DNA of 64,000 bases from Hormiphora californensis (taxonomy: Eukaryota > Animalia > Ctenophora), in NCBI GenBank assembly GCA_020137815.1, contig CM035351.1:7998001-8062000 (forward strand), in the 5' to 3' direction. Positions 50,901-63,734 of this stretch are shown here, piece by piece (the first letter of the stretch is position 1; every line of letters starts with the position of its first letter). The notes below the pieces were generated by a model. That model was given only the letters and a program-made list of their open reading frames with translations. It did not search any database and was not told where the DNA came from. Made by a program: the position numbers and the translations under genes.

Positions 50901-52916
50901 TGGGCCCCATGGTACGTGGGAGTGGGTAATGTGGAGCCCCTCAGGTGGCTTCAACTCAATTATGATCACATTTCCTAACAACCTCCCTTATTCCTTCCTT
51001 CACCCCACCCTCTCTTTCCGCACCTCAGTAAAGGAGGGTAATAGAACATAATAACCATAATTATATACTGATCACCATCCTATACTGATCACCATCCTAT
51101 AGGTGGTGAGTGAATCGCTGCTGAGTGACAGGAAGCAAGTACAAAAAAGACAGGATAAGAAGAAGAGGAAGAAGGAGTTGAAGAATTGCAGTAAATCCTC
51201 ATTAGGGGGATACAGTGTTAGTGACATTCAGAAGATGGAGAAGGTTTACAAAGCTTATCAGAACCTTTCTAAAGACTTCAAATACGGAAGAAGGTATACC
51301 GTATGGCGTATAGGCTGATTCATCCCTCTATAACCTTGTTGAGTAAAAACTCTAACCACTCTCAACAGAGTGCCAACACCCCAATAGCACCCAACCCCCC
51401 TCAGTTTACCAACACCCCAGCCTGCTGGAGCTCGTCCTACTGTAATGACAGTTTTCCAGAGTAGCTCTAAACACCATCCTGTAGCAAGTGGTGCCACAAT
51501 TCACACGACACACCCAGTGGTTGCCAGACCCACCGCCTCATCCCTCTTCTCTGACCCTGATGCAAAGAATAGTAGGGTGAGTTACAACAGGAGGTATTCA
51601 GCCCCTACCGGCCCTATACCCTCTATACGCTTCCATGCCGCTATAGATACTGTGACAGAGACTGTGAATTCAGACAGTGACAGAGACGACAGGCATGAAG
51701 AGGTGAATAGAATGACAGCAGCTGAATCAAACCATACAACTGTAACACACACATGTCACATCCCCATCCCCCCTCTAACCCCTCCCCGTGTTACAGGTTC
51801 AGTTCACATCGTCTGGGAAACACAGGAGGACCTCTTCGGTAGATCTACCTCTTGATAAATCACTTACACCTAGGAAAAGTAGTCTGAAACCATCGTAAGT
51901 TACATCTCCAGTATTTCAAAGTACGGTAACCGATTGGTAATGAAATTACCCCTCTGTTATGGCTCACAATAAAAGGGGTGACTTTGTAACCAAGGTAACC
52001 GATATGACTGTTCTACTACTTTAGATTACTTCATAATCCCCCCCCCCAGATCTAAATTCGGCACGTCTGGTCGTGTAGAGACAGATAGTGGTGTCAGAAA
52101 GAACGGGACCCCACCGACTAAAGGAGCAGCAGCTGTGGTTGTACCAGTGTAAGTACCTGTTGTAAATATGAGGCACTGGGAGAGAGAGAGGATCAACTAG
52201 ATATTTTGGTATATCTAGCTAGTATTCTCTCAGAGTAATTTCCTGAAAGCTAATATTTGGATATATCTCCCTAAGTATTCCACACTATTGGTGCTTGATA
52301 TAAGTAGGAACTGATTTTGTGTTTGTCTGTTGTGTGTGTGTGTGTATGTGTGTTCACGTACGGCCCCACTAGTGTCAGTTCAGACAGCTCCAGCGGCGAA
52401 GAAAAGTCAGCTGGGCCTGTGATACGTACCCCGGCACCAGCCTCGGAGTTGTTACCTGCCCTTAACCTGACACCTGCAACACCCATAACTACAGCACCAG
52501 CCCCATCCTCAAGGTACTGGTAGACTGGTCGGGGGGGGGGGGGGGGCTAGTGATTAGTTCGACAGCTACTGATCTGTGGTGTAGTAAATAAAGTTTGTAC
52601 CAGTGCTCCTAACTTGTGATTTACAGCGTGTACTGCTCCTAGAATACCGGACTAATGATCTGCTGCTAAAGATATACCGTGTACTGCTCCTATACTAAAC
52701 TAATCTTCTACAGATTTACAGTTACACGTGTTGAAAGTGACGAGAGAAACCTCAACAACAACAACAATACAGGTAATGACGTCACATATCTCACACACAC
52801 GGAACATGGGTGTAATGCAATGTATTATTAATATCACATGGTTGTGTTGTACAGGATTAGCATCTGAGTCAAATGTAACTGTTACATCTAACCTACCTGG
52901 CTCTGTGTCCGACTGA
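47933..52916 (+). CDS. Type I membrane protein: signal peptide, Cys-containing/Ig-like ectodomain, single TM, long S/T/P-rich cytoplasmic tail; multi-exon
   Basis: Exon 47933-48066 MWHWIVLPFLLLLLPSTDAAV..; 48223-48409; ~48539-48632 (EVTGIESGYFWAV..EILLNIT, like Ig F/G strands); 49656-49821 (TM ALIVGILFVVIMVCGIANILL). Further exons near 50243, 50674, 51103 and 51370, then phase-consistent exons at 51797, 52050, 52373, 52714 and 52855 (stop 52916). Middle exons are only partly checked. Confidence 0.65.
48675..49687 (+). repeat. 60-bp minisatellite, 17 copies, each containing the intron 3' end, acceptor and first ~30 nt of the TM exon
   Basis: Unit cctaatcctctatctaacccctacacag|tgcccgaagtggatcccaccctccctcccctt. 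Copies start near 48691, 48759, 48819, 48879, 48937, then every 60 bp to 49597, and 49655. Confidence 0.96.
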
Positions 52917-55498
52917 GGTAAACAGAGCGATATGTAACTGCTGTGTGGAGTGTGACACGTTAATTTAGTGTGAAATACGGCATTCAAATGGAGTGCTCCT
53001 TCATAAAATCAAACGAATTCATAGTGCTCCTTCATAAAATATATTGAAATCAAGTGCTCCTTCTTAAAACAAATGATTAAACGCGTGGTATTCGTCTCAA
53101 TTACTGTTTCATCCCTGTCTTTGGTTCTTCGTGTGAACAACTAATTGTGTGTGTGTGTGAACTCCTGCTGAGCTGATATATGCTGTGTGTGAGGTGCAAT
53201 GATCAACTTTTTCAGTACATCTTGCAGCTTGTTGAGAATTAGAACAACTTGCAGCGGAATCACGTACCTGGCACCTGATCTGGTTTGTTGAGTACTCAAC
53301 AAGATCTGGTAGTGTGTAGTGATTACTGGTACTGAACACTACAAAGTCATGACAGGCAACTAAAGTCGTGATAGGGACACATTTTTATCGTTTTTGAATA
53401 TTACCCAGATTCTATTTTAACAGTTAATAGTAAACCATTAAGTGATATCGTTTTCTTGTTTAATAGCATGCTAGGCTTGTACAAATCTGCGGTGTGTATG
53501 TGTGCAATTTGGCAATGGGTATTGTTCTCTCTCTCTCTCTCTCTCTCTATCTCTATCTATCTATCTATTTATCTATCTATCTCTCTCTCCCTCAATCTAT
53601 TCCTCTCTCCCTTTCTACCTCATCTCTGCATTTATCCGTTCATTTTGGATGCGAGATATTTTATACCAAATGAATAATTTTCGTCCTCTCTGGTCTGACA
53701 GTGTATGTGCGTGTGTGTGCGTGTGCATGTTTGCCTGGGAGTGTGGAGCTACTCAAACAAAAAGGGTAACGTGAGATTCTCCATTCACTGCCTATCTTTC
53801 ACTGGCATGAAAAAACACACGTACACTGCCAGTGACTAACTGTAGAAATATGATAGGAACTAAGAAGTATCTTTATCATTTTCCACGCATTCAAAGAACA
53901 CCAAAACTTTCCTAAAAAAGGACTCCACCTTTCCTAAAAGTTAAAACAATCCCCACTCAAATCCTTCTTTTGCCTACAACACTCACATTCTTTGTTCATT
54001 AAGACACGTGTCTATATTCAGATGGTGTATTGTGGGACTTTGGGAACAGTGACGGAAGCTCCAAGTCACCAGGTATCTAGAGCAGATGTACAATATCAGC
54101 CTCTTTCATGAGCCTCGTCCTGTCTGGCGCCGCCAGACCCCATCTGAGCGCACTGAGAGTCAAATGGGGTCTGGCGCAGACAGGCCTTTCAAAGCTTGTT
54201 GAGTAATCCTCAACAACTCATAGCATGTGTATAGGACCAGATGTAATCTTGGAAAGCCTGAATAATGGAAAATCATGAAATATTACTGGATATGATCCAA
54301 GGGGCACATATTCCCACTCGTTTTGTTGTACTAAACTTGTTGTGATATGTTGCTTCTAACACCCACCCCTCTCTCTTCCAGGCCCAGGATCAAGAAAGAT
54401 GGACCTTCTAACTGTCCCAGGTATGTTTTAATTGACTTTTTGCCGAGTCAATTTTCACGGCTGTTGAATTTAAGGGTCGATCAAAACCCAATTACATTAC
54501 TCTAATGATTCCACACACGTGTAGAGACGGTAGACTGCTTAACCTCTGTCTAAGGGTGTAAGTTGTCCCCCATATGATGTACTATTAGTAATGTTTGTTG
54601 CGTATCAAGTGATATTCAAAATACTGTGTATTAAGTTTGAACGATTCTAATTCATCTGACTTGCATGACAAATGTAATGGTGCTTGTGTTGTGATGTACG
54701 GATATATCAATGACGGTGTTTTAAATGCAGTGTACTAATGGACACGCCCGTGATGTTTCAGTGATGACCACATCTTTAATGTGTTAAATGTGTATTACAA
54801 CATGCGACTAACATTCTGACACTGTATTTCAGATCCCCTGGCGTGTATGGCTGGGGTCGTGGTGGACTCAGGGGGATATTGGTCTACATAAAACAAGTCG
54901 AGTGGAGTTGAGACACTACATAAAACAAGTGAAGTTTAGTGGAGACTAATTCAAGATACTGATTACAGAATGGAATAGAGAGACATCATCACACATCAAA
55001 TGACACTGAATGGGACGGGGTATATCTGATAAACACTGTTTTTTATTGATTCTAAACTGGTATATTTTATGATATAGTGAAATCTATTTATTTTCATCGA
55101 GATTAAATTGGGTGAATATTTTCATTTGTGCTGGCCCGGAAAGTTCTGCTCCCTGATAAAATATCCAATTTCCCCTGGGACCCAATATTTCCACGACTGT
55201 TTCATATTACGTGAATTATAATGATATTATTATCATTGGTAGAGTGATAGGAGCGGACACATGATATATGCGCCATCCCCGGCCCCGCTGACTGCATTCA
55301 CAGTCCCAAAATTCCATGGGAGCGGAACTTTCTGTGAAACATGAAACTTGGTAGCTAGGGGGTGGTAAACGGATCAAACTTCCAGTATACACACTCACAC
55401 ACACATATATCTTCAAACGGATTCAAACAAAAAACATCAAATCAGAAATCCTAGTTACAACAAAGAAAGTCACACTTTTCACAGTATTCCCTCTCCAA

Positions 55499-55607
55499 CA
55501 GGAACCGACCGAAACAAGTAAACAACCAATCAGAACTCGTTATTTAGGTCACGTGACTGGTTATCATCCAATCAGGGACCAGTATTTCCTGATTCGGTCG
55601 GTTCCTG
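55499..55607. mobile_element. hAT-type MITE, 109 bp, 15-bp TIRs, 8-bp TSD CTCTCCAA
   Basis: ctctccaa|CAGGAACCGACCGAA ... TTCGGTCGGTTCCTG|ctctccaa. Confidence 0.95.
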
Positions 55608-55698
55608 CTCTCCAACAATATTCTCTGTCTTGGAACTGTCCCAGGTAATATATTTAGTATCAAAAGAAGGGATGTATCCTCAACATAGTCGTATCGTA

Positions 55699-58600
55699 CT
55701 AAAAACACATGGCTTGGTTTGTCCTCTCAGCGGGGCGAGGGGGCGACCAAGAGATCCTTGAATTGGTGGAGTGCCTCTTTTAGAGTTTCTCGCACCTGAT
55801 AGTAGGAAGGAGGGTGAAAATTTGGTAGAAAAAGAAGCAAACGGAGTGATGGAAAGAGAGAATCCGGGTGGGTGTAATAAAGTTATGTTTTGCCTTTTGA
55901 AGGAGAAAATATGTATAGACGTGTGTAGTTTTTTTGCAGGAAAACATGTTACCTCGTTCGAGTTGCAGGTTATACAGTCGATTAGGAAAGGGTAGAGTTC
56001 TACAACGTGGTTCCATACCTCTACATCAACTGAGATAGGGGTTACCATGGTTACAAGGGTGGTTACAGGGGTAACTACGAAGGGCATTGTAACCTGTCAA
56101 CACAGTCAGTCATCGTGATTGATGGTAATCTGAATCTAGTTCCCATGGTAACAGAGGGGCAGCAGGTGAATAAAGAATTACTTACTATCTGTCATCTTGT
56201 CTCTCCTGGCCTGCAGGGAGTTGATAAGAGATGATATGGCCCTCATTACAAAGGCTATCTCTGCCATCCTAGATCGGGGCAGGGGACACCGACCACTCAA
56301 CTTCTCGTCCTTCACATAGTTCTTTAGCACTTCCTGGCACCGTTTTAGAAGGGTTCCTAGCGCCATCTTGGACACATCTGAAGGGGGTGTAACATGATGC
56401 AAAGACTCTAAATAAGGCATCTGGCATGATAGTGTTACTTGTCATACTGCATGACTACAGTATTATATGTAACATCACGTACGCCCAGTTCGGAGTGTGC
56501 AGTATTTTGTGAGACAAGATTTTAGACATACCTCCCTGTGGTCCACTGCTTGCTTCATAGAATGAGAACTGTAGGAGTGTTTCAAAACACGCCTTAGCAA
56601 ACTGCTCTCTCAGGGGTAGGGTATTCAACGCTGCAGGAGAAAAGGGGGAGGGTTATACTGATTGTAATTAACAAATAGAATGGATTTAATAATACCACCC
56701 TGCTTCACGGTTATAATAAAACCAGCTCACACCAGCTAAAACAAAAGCTGAAAACCCCCACAAATATATACAATCATTAGTATCACAGTATGTGACTACT
56801 GGTGTGCGGACTCTAGTGCTACACTCTAAGTCTACAGTGGACTCTATATCTAAATTTAGATTTAGATAAAGAGTCCAAATAAGTCTAAACTCTAGGAGGA
56901 CTCTTTATCTAAAAAGTCGGTAGTATGGTAGTTAAGGTCGTGCGCACTTTTTGGCGCCATTTGGCGCCAAATTGGCGCCAATTTGGCGCCACGTGGCGAT
57001 ATTTTAGCGCCAAATGGCGCCAAAATTTGGCGACTGCGCACAACCGCCAATTTGGCGCCAAAATGGCGCCAAGTTGGCGATTTTTTGGCGCCAAATGGCG
57101 CCACGTGGCGCCAAGTGGCGCCACGTGGCGATTGTAAATCGCCAAGTGTTGGCGGTATTTGGCGGTACCGCCACGTGGCGATGCGAATTTGTCTGAATAA
57201 ACTGTGTCCATCGCCAAGTGGCGCCAAATTGGCGCCAAATTGGCGATACTACCTAAAATTCCAAATATTCATAACGTCCATCAGAGGAATTCCTATCGCC
57301 AAGTGGCGCCAAATGGCGCCAAGTGGCGCCAAATTGGCGGTGATTGGCGATTGTCGCCATTTTAGCGCCAGATTGGCGCCAATTTGGCGCCAAATGGCGC
57401 TACTTGGCGATTTGTATTCAATCGCCAACTTAGCGCCATTTTGGCGATTGCCGCCAACTTAGCGCCAAATTGGCGCCATGTTGGCGGCGATCGCCAAGTA
57501 GCACCATTTGGCGCCAAATTGGCGCCAAATTGGGGTAGTCCCGCCATGGCGGTAGTCAATCGCCACATGGCGGTTGCAATCGCCATGTGGCGGTCGGGAG
57601 TGGCGCCATACCACGGAAGTGGCGCCATACATGCTCTGGCGGTACTTAGATGGCGGTGGAGTTTGGCGCCAGTTGTTGAATTTGGCGCTAACTTGTGGCG
57701 CCAACAAAAAAACCGATTTCTGGAGTGGCGCCACACCACTGGAGTGGCGCCACATAAAAAAGTGGCGCCACTCAAAATATTTTGTAACGCCAACATATGG
57801 CACTGTTTGACTACCGCCACCGCCATCCTTATTGGCGCTAACGTATACTGGATGGCGCCAACATTTATGTGGCGCCACTCTTGTATGGCGCCATAAATGT
57901 GGGCTTTTTACCGTTTTTTGCTAATTTTGAGCACCTTTAAAGCCAAATAACGGCTAAACGGTTGAAGATGGAGCTTAAAAGTCCGACGTCGACCCCCCAT
58001 AACTTGGCCATTGCCTACAAAATTGCACCAATGAAAAGTCTCTAAACAATTCCTACGTGGCTATGGAGGCGCATTGTCGCATTGTGCGCGTCTCAACACA
58101 TAGTTATGTTTAAACCTAATTATCCAATTATCTAATTAACCGGATGAGATAGAGACTTAATTTCAGCACCTACCCCCACTAATTCGAGAACGCTGAACAT
58201 TTCAGTGCCCCCGGTTGTGTCTCTACTCCTTTCCTAACATGGCTATATATAGCCATATGGCCAGCAAACGGCTATGTGCAGGTCTAATTATCCAATTATC
58301 CAATTAACCAGATGAGATAAAGACTTTATTCTGGCACCTACCCCCACTAATGCGAGGACACTAAACACTTTGGTGCCCTTAATTTTATCTCTACTCCTTT
58401 CCTAAGGGTAGATACAGCGTTTTTCTCCTTATGCTCAATTACCAATCAATTAGGGGCTAATTACACACCTTCCCCCAAATAATTGAGACTGACATTTTGG
58501 TTTTTTATGTTCAGGGGGCCTATACCTAGAATTTACAACCGGAATTGGCTTGCCGCTAGTGAGTTCTATGTCGAAACACGTTTTGACAGGCTTATGTAGG

Positions 58601-61600
58601 TGACACAGACAACTTCAAAAAATGCGCTCACGGAAGGGCTCATTCTCGGCAATGTCCATATGGCGCCACATGATCATGTGGCGCCATTATCATGTGGCGC
58701 CATTAATGTGGCGCTAATGTGTGGCGCCGTTTGACTACCGCCACGACAACGGTTGGCGCCACACACATACCACTTGCATACCGCCAGAGTTTTTAAAATG
58801 TGGCGCCACTCCAGTGGTGTGGCGCCACTCCAGAAATCGGTTTTTTTGTTAGCGCCATAAGTTGGCGCCATATTCAACAAATGGCGCCACACGCCACCGC
58901 CATCCAAGTACCGCCAGAGCATGTATGGCGCCACTCCCGTGGTGTGGCGCCACTCCCGACCGCCATATGGCGTGTTTGGCGCCAAAATTTTGCCATGTGG
59001 CGATTGACTACCGCCATGGCGGGACTACCCAAATTGGCGCCAATCTGGCGCTACTTGGCGATCGCCGCCAATTTCTAAATTGGCGATTGCCGCCAACATA
59101 GCGCCAATTTGGCGCCAAAATGGCGATTTGTATTCAATTGCCAACTTAGCGCCAAATTGGCGGCGATCGCCAAGTAGCGCCAGATTGGCGCCAATTTGGC
59201 GCCAAATTGGCGGTGCTTGGCACTTAGCGCCAAATTGTTGGCGCTAATTTGGCGATTTGTAGCCAATCGCCAATTTGGCGCTAATTTGGCGCCAAGTTGG
59301 CGGTGCTTGGCACTTAGCGCCAAATTGGCGATTGGCTAAAAATCGCCAGATTGGCGCCAGTTTGGCGCCAATTTGGCGATTTTTTAGCCAATCGCCAATT
59401 TGGCGCTAAGTTGGCGCCAATTTGGCGATTTTTAGCCAATCGCCAATTTGGCGCTATGTTGGCGCCAAATTGGCGGTATTTGGCACTTTGCGCCAATTTG
59501 GCGCTAAGTTGGCGCTAAGTTGGCGACGAAAATGTGGTTAATTTACGCTTCTGAATGTTCGCACTCGCCAAGTGGCGCTAATTTGGCGCCAAGACTAAAA
59601 AATACCTGGCGCCAATTTGGCGCCAATTTGGCGCCACTTGGCGGTGGGCACAGTTTATCCAGAAAAATGTGCATCGCCACGTGGCGGTACCGCCAATTAC
59701 CGCCAACACTTGGCGATTTATAATCGCCACGTGGCGCCAATTGGCGCCACGTGGCGCCATTTGGCGCCAAAAAACCGCCAACTTGGCGCCAAAATGGCGC
59801 CATATTGGCGGTAGTGCGCAGTCGCCAAATTTTGGCGCCATTTGGCGCCAATATATCGCCACGTGGCGCCAATTTGGCGCCAAATGGCGCCAAAAAGTGC
59901 GCACGACCTTAACTACCATACTACCAAAAAGTCTACACAGGGCGGACTCTTTATCTAAAAAGTCTAAACAAAGTGGACTCTATATCTACATAAATCTAAA
60001 TTAGATATAGAGTCCGCCTTTCGCCGCGAACTCGAGATTTCGGCCGTTAGGCCGGAAACGAGAGTTTGCTCTATCCCTATACTAATTTAGAAGTGTTAGG
60101 GCCGTTATTTGGGTTCGAGGTTAGGGTTAGGGTTAGTGTTAGGGTTTGGTTTTGGGTTGGGTTAGGATTTTAGACATAGAGTCCGGGTTGGAGGATTTGG
60201 CGCCAAAATGTACTAGAGGACTCTATATCTAAAAATTCTAAACAGGGCGGACTCTTTATCTAAAAAGTCTACACAGGGAGGACTCTTTATCTAAACTTTT
60301 TTCAAAATCTAACTGTAGATAAAGAGTCCGTTTTTAGATATAGAGTCCGCCTTGGATTTAGATAAAGAGTCCGTTAGCACTAGAGTCCGCCCACCGTGAC
60401 TACTACTATAACGGCTACACATGGGTTTAGTGAGTGACACACAGCGAAGAAACACACTACTTTCATATCCCCCCCCCCTTTTATGAGAGTGGCTCCTATT
60501 AGCTACCATCCCTATATTCTTACCTTCGGGGTCTGTCGCCCGTAGCATTGCCGGAATTGGGTTATATAGCTCCGCTGAATTTTAACAAAACATTAACGAT
60601 ATTGGTATTATAGTAGTTTGGAACCCAAGTTTTCAGCAAGAGTGTGTGTGTCAGCAGGCCGTGCAGAGCTCAATGTAAAGATTCAGTGTGCTAATAACCC
60701 GCTACAAAAAAGTGCACAAAACCAACCCAACACTAAGTGCTATACAGATACACGTGAGAAATCAATCAGGAGCTATAAGACATGCAACATAGATTAGCAG
60801 ATGTTATATAGTTACCCGTGGTGAGAGGTTGGGGGGCCGTGGCATGGACAGAACCCCTATTTAGCAGGTTCATTACATGTTTAACAAATGGTACTGGGGT
60901 GTTGCCAGCCCGGGGTAGGATCACTTCTTGTATCAGGGATATTAGAGACACATCCAACTGCTCGTGGGCCACTCTCTCCTCATAACTCAGGTTTATTGGC
61001 GGCCTACTGGGGGAGGGGAGGGAAGAGTTTTAGGGGTTGAGTTAGCATGCTCTGGCTTGTAGCTGAATGGTGGATTAAAAACAGGGCGTTGTGTTTAGCT
61101 ACTTACTGGTCTCCAAATAAGAACTCTTCTAAACACTTCCCGAATTCTCTCCACATCCCCTCAAACTTGTCACCTGTAAGGAAACAATGTTACAACCTTC
61201 TTATTCACACTACCACATGACATGAGAGAAGTCAAGCACCTCCTGGCTCCAACATCATATAAGTGATATGTCCTCTTACCCTGTTCGCAGGCTGTGCTAA
61301 CCCCATTCTTCACCACTGATAATAAGGTCGAGTGACAGAGAAGCCATGTACTCTGAGCCGGACAGGCGTATTTCAGTCCCAGAGGTCCCCGTATCATCTG
61401 AGGGAGGGACCAGGGTTACAGACGTAACGCGCAGTGACTGAACAGTAGGACGGGTGGCGCGCGCAGTCAGGAGGATCACGGATCGGTCGGAGCAGCCAGA
61501 GTGTCTTTTGCTCACGGCGACTCCGGTACCATGACAGACACAACTGCATGCATGTGATCAGCAATTGTGAAGTGGTACTTCTACTTACCTTGATAACGTG

Positions 61601-61746
61601 CTCCATAGTATGGGCAGCTATAACATATGTATTTGTATGTCTCCCGTTATAAAGGGTCAGAGCGTTCTGTAGACATTGTTCCCCAAAACTAATATACACA
61701 CTCTCTTCACTCTTGGACATCTGGGACTGATTAACTAACTTCTTTC
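55699..61746 (-). CDS. MON2: Protein MON2 homolog, C-terminal exons (5' part presumably lies beyond the window)
   Basis: Exons encode YISFGEQCLQNALTLY..EHVIK, PLGLKYACPAQSTWLL, PPINLSYEERVAHEQLDVSLISLIQEVILP..LLNRGSVH, LREQFAKACFETLLQFSF, VSKMALGTLLKRCQEVLKNYVKDEKLSGRCPLPR..EIAFVMRAISSLI, WNHVVELYPFLIDCITCNSNE|VRETLKEAL. They are colinear with remembered MON2 motifs (LKYSCPSESTW, FSKMCFETLLQFSF, DERLSGKCPLPR, LYPTLVECITC). Confidence 0.92.
56801..60395. mobile_element. Outer non-autonomous element (MULE-like), 9-bp TSD GTGACTACT, ~580 bp once the nested insertion is removed
   Basis: gtgactact|GGTGTGCGGACTCTAGTGCTA ... TAGCACTAGAGTCCGCCCACC|gtgactact; internal GGACTCT(A/T)TATCTAAA repeats, a hairpin at ~60027-60069 and a TTAGGG-like tract at 60118-60165. 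Confidence 0.9.
56919..59925. mobile_element. Inner foldback element, 3007 bp, 8-bp TSD AAAAAGTC, GG termini (Merlin-like), ~1-1.2 kb arms packed with GGCGCC
   Basis: aaaaagtc|GGTAGTATGGTAGTTAAGGTCGTGCGCACTTTTTGGCGCC ... GGCGCCAAAAAGTGCGCACGACCTTAACTACCATACTACC|aaaaagtc; the spacer 57900-58660 contains a ~120-bp direct repeat; no transposase. Confidence 0.93.
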
Positions 61747-62465
61747 CTGAGAGAGATGGGTGTGTTAACATGATAGCTCCCTTGGGGGTTATAGTGTTTG
61801 TCAACACTAAATGTGATTCAAGACTTATTGTGAGGCCTCATGAGGGAGTTTTTCTGTCATAACAGTATCTTCCCTGTGTCTTTCTCAGCCCTCAAGGGAC
61901 CTAATTTAATCCCCTCCTTTTTACGTCTCTACATATCATGGCCTATATCACATCTATCCTCTCCCACAGACCGATTTAAAAGGTAAACACAGCCTTATAA
62001 AAACATTCCCAGTCTACTTCTATTGGCCCAGGTCACTTCATGTGAACACTAGGGCCAATATAATAATACTACCGCCCAAGAAGAGGGCCCTAGGGTAGAC
62101 TTTACATCCGTTTGTCTGTGAATCGCCACCACACCGATTATCCCAAATTACAGGTGACTGTATGAAGCCGTGTATGTTCTGAATATTTCAAGCTTTTATC
62201 AGCTGACAGAGAAATTAGAGTCATGTAACAGGCTAGCATTTATTTTATATAAAATCTGTTTGATAAAAATGACAGTATATGGTGCATATAAAAATATAAG
62301 TCGTGTCCTTCACAATCTCTGTCCATCAACCATGTCTCTCTCCCTCACATCACTGTCTGGCAGCGCCGACCCGATCTGAGAGCAATGAAACAAAACGGGT
62401 TCTGGCACTGCAAGACAGCCCTACCAACCCCAGGGATATTCAGTATTCCCTTCCACACTGTGGTT

Positions 62466-62915
62466 CTATCGGTTGTAATCGGAACTATCAGTATCACTAA
62501 TTTTCTTCTTCTCCAGTATATCTGGATCCGCAGCTAGGTTCTTCATCACAACCCCATTCTTGCCACCTGACCCCTTCTCCGCATCTGATCCATACTGCCC
62601 AATGATGGCATTTGACCGGTACCGCACCCACATTCTACACCCCATAATGTAGGACCCCATAACAACCAGTAGGATAACCCATATAGCAATCATAGCTATC
62701 TCAGTAATCCATTCCTCTAGCACACAGGCGAGGAGTCCAGCGAATATATTGACACACCATAACACAATGCCACACTGATAAAACCGTTCCTTATTTGTCT
62801 GGAAGTGATGGAGATCCTGCTCGAAACTGTATCTCTCTGAGTCAGATAGTATCTTGATATTAATGGTGTTGGCAATCTTCTCGTTCTTCTCCAGAACCTC
62901 CTGAACTGTCTCCAT
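62466..62915 (-). CDS. Putative 149-aa two-TM membrane protein, apparently inside a MON2 intron
   Basis: ATG-to-stop ORF with two hydrophobic helices (GIVLWCVNIFAGLLACVL; IAMIAIWVILLVVMGSYIMGC); no resemblance to MON2. Confidence 0.5.
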   Translation of the reverse strand: METVQEVLEKNEKIANTINIKILSDSERYSFEQDLHHFQTNKERFYQCGIVLWCVNIFAGLLACVLEEWITEIAMIAIWVILLVVMGSYIMGCRMWVRYRSNAIIGQYGSDAEKGSGGKNGVVMKNLAADPDILEKKKISDTDSSDYNR

Positions 62916-63734
62916 GAATGCAGGTGAGCTGCTGATGTTTCAACCGCTCCGTCTTGTCATAGGGAGCCTTCTGTCTTCTCCAGTACCATACTACAAGGTT
63001 CAAAGGGTACAGGGCTGGTATAAGGAATGGACGATTCCTGAATCTACGAGATTCTGATATTACGAACAACTAGGCAAGGAGGGAACGATAAGAAGGAAGC
63101 AGACTAAACTGAGGAAAACAAGAGTTACGAGGAAAAACTTCTGCAGAATACTATGGCGAATATGCTAGAATGTTCGTGAGCTGGTATAGCATAATCAACT
63201 AAAGTGTCTAGTAGTTTTGGTCCCCGAACAGTTATCGAGCAAAACGCAGGGGCAGGAGCTGGAGCGTTTTGAGACAAGGGACTATGAGGCCACGTGAAAT
63301 GCATGTGAACTTTACACATCATTTACAAGCACGTTGGAGTAGCAGACATGGAGTAGAGATGTTGAGTAAGAGAGGTTAAAATATACGTCCAGCTAAAGTA
63401 GGTACGAGTGAAAGGGCCGGACAAAGCAAACACAGCCATGGGGTGAACTTAGGGTGAAATGTAAACAAAATTAGTCTAAGTGATTCTATCTATATTCTCT
63501 ATCTCTCTCTTTCATCCTCGCTTTCTCTCCCCCTCTGATCTCTATCTATCTTTCTCGCCCCTTCTTTCTTTTCTCTTTCTCTAGTAAAGGGTTTCTCTCG
63601 TTTCATTAGTCCCCAGTGGGGATAGATGGATTGGTAAATTGAGGTAAGCTGAAAGGTGCAAGACGGGCTGCAGGATAGGACAATTGCGTGGTGTACTGAT
63701 GATTGTGCCCCCAATTATGGAAAGAGAAACCAAC

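Noticed and set aside
56892-60004. Many overlapping WRQ/APN/GAK-rich ORFs
   Set aside because: They are translations of GGCGCC palindromic repeats that are poor in stop codons in several frames.
60118-60165. TTAGGG-like tract as a telomere (also 29245-29272)
   Set aside because: Short, degenerate and interstitial; the 60118 tract lies inside a TSD-bounded element.
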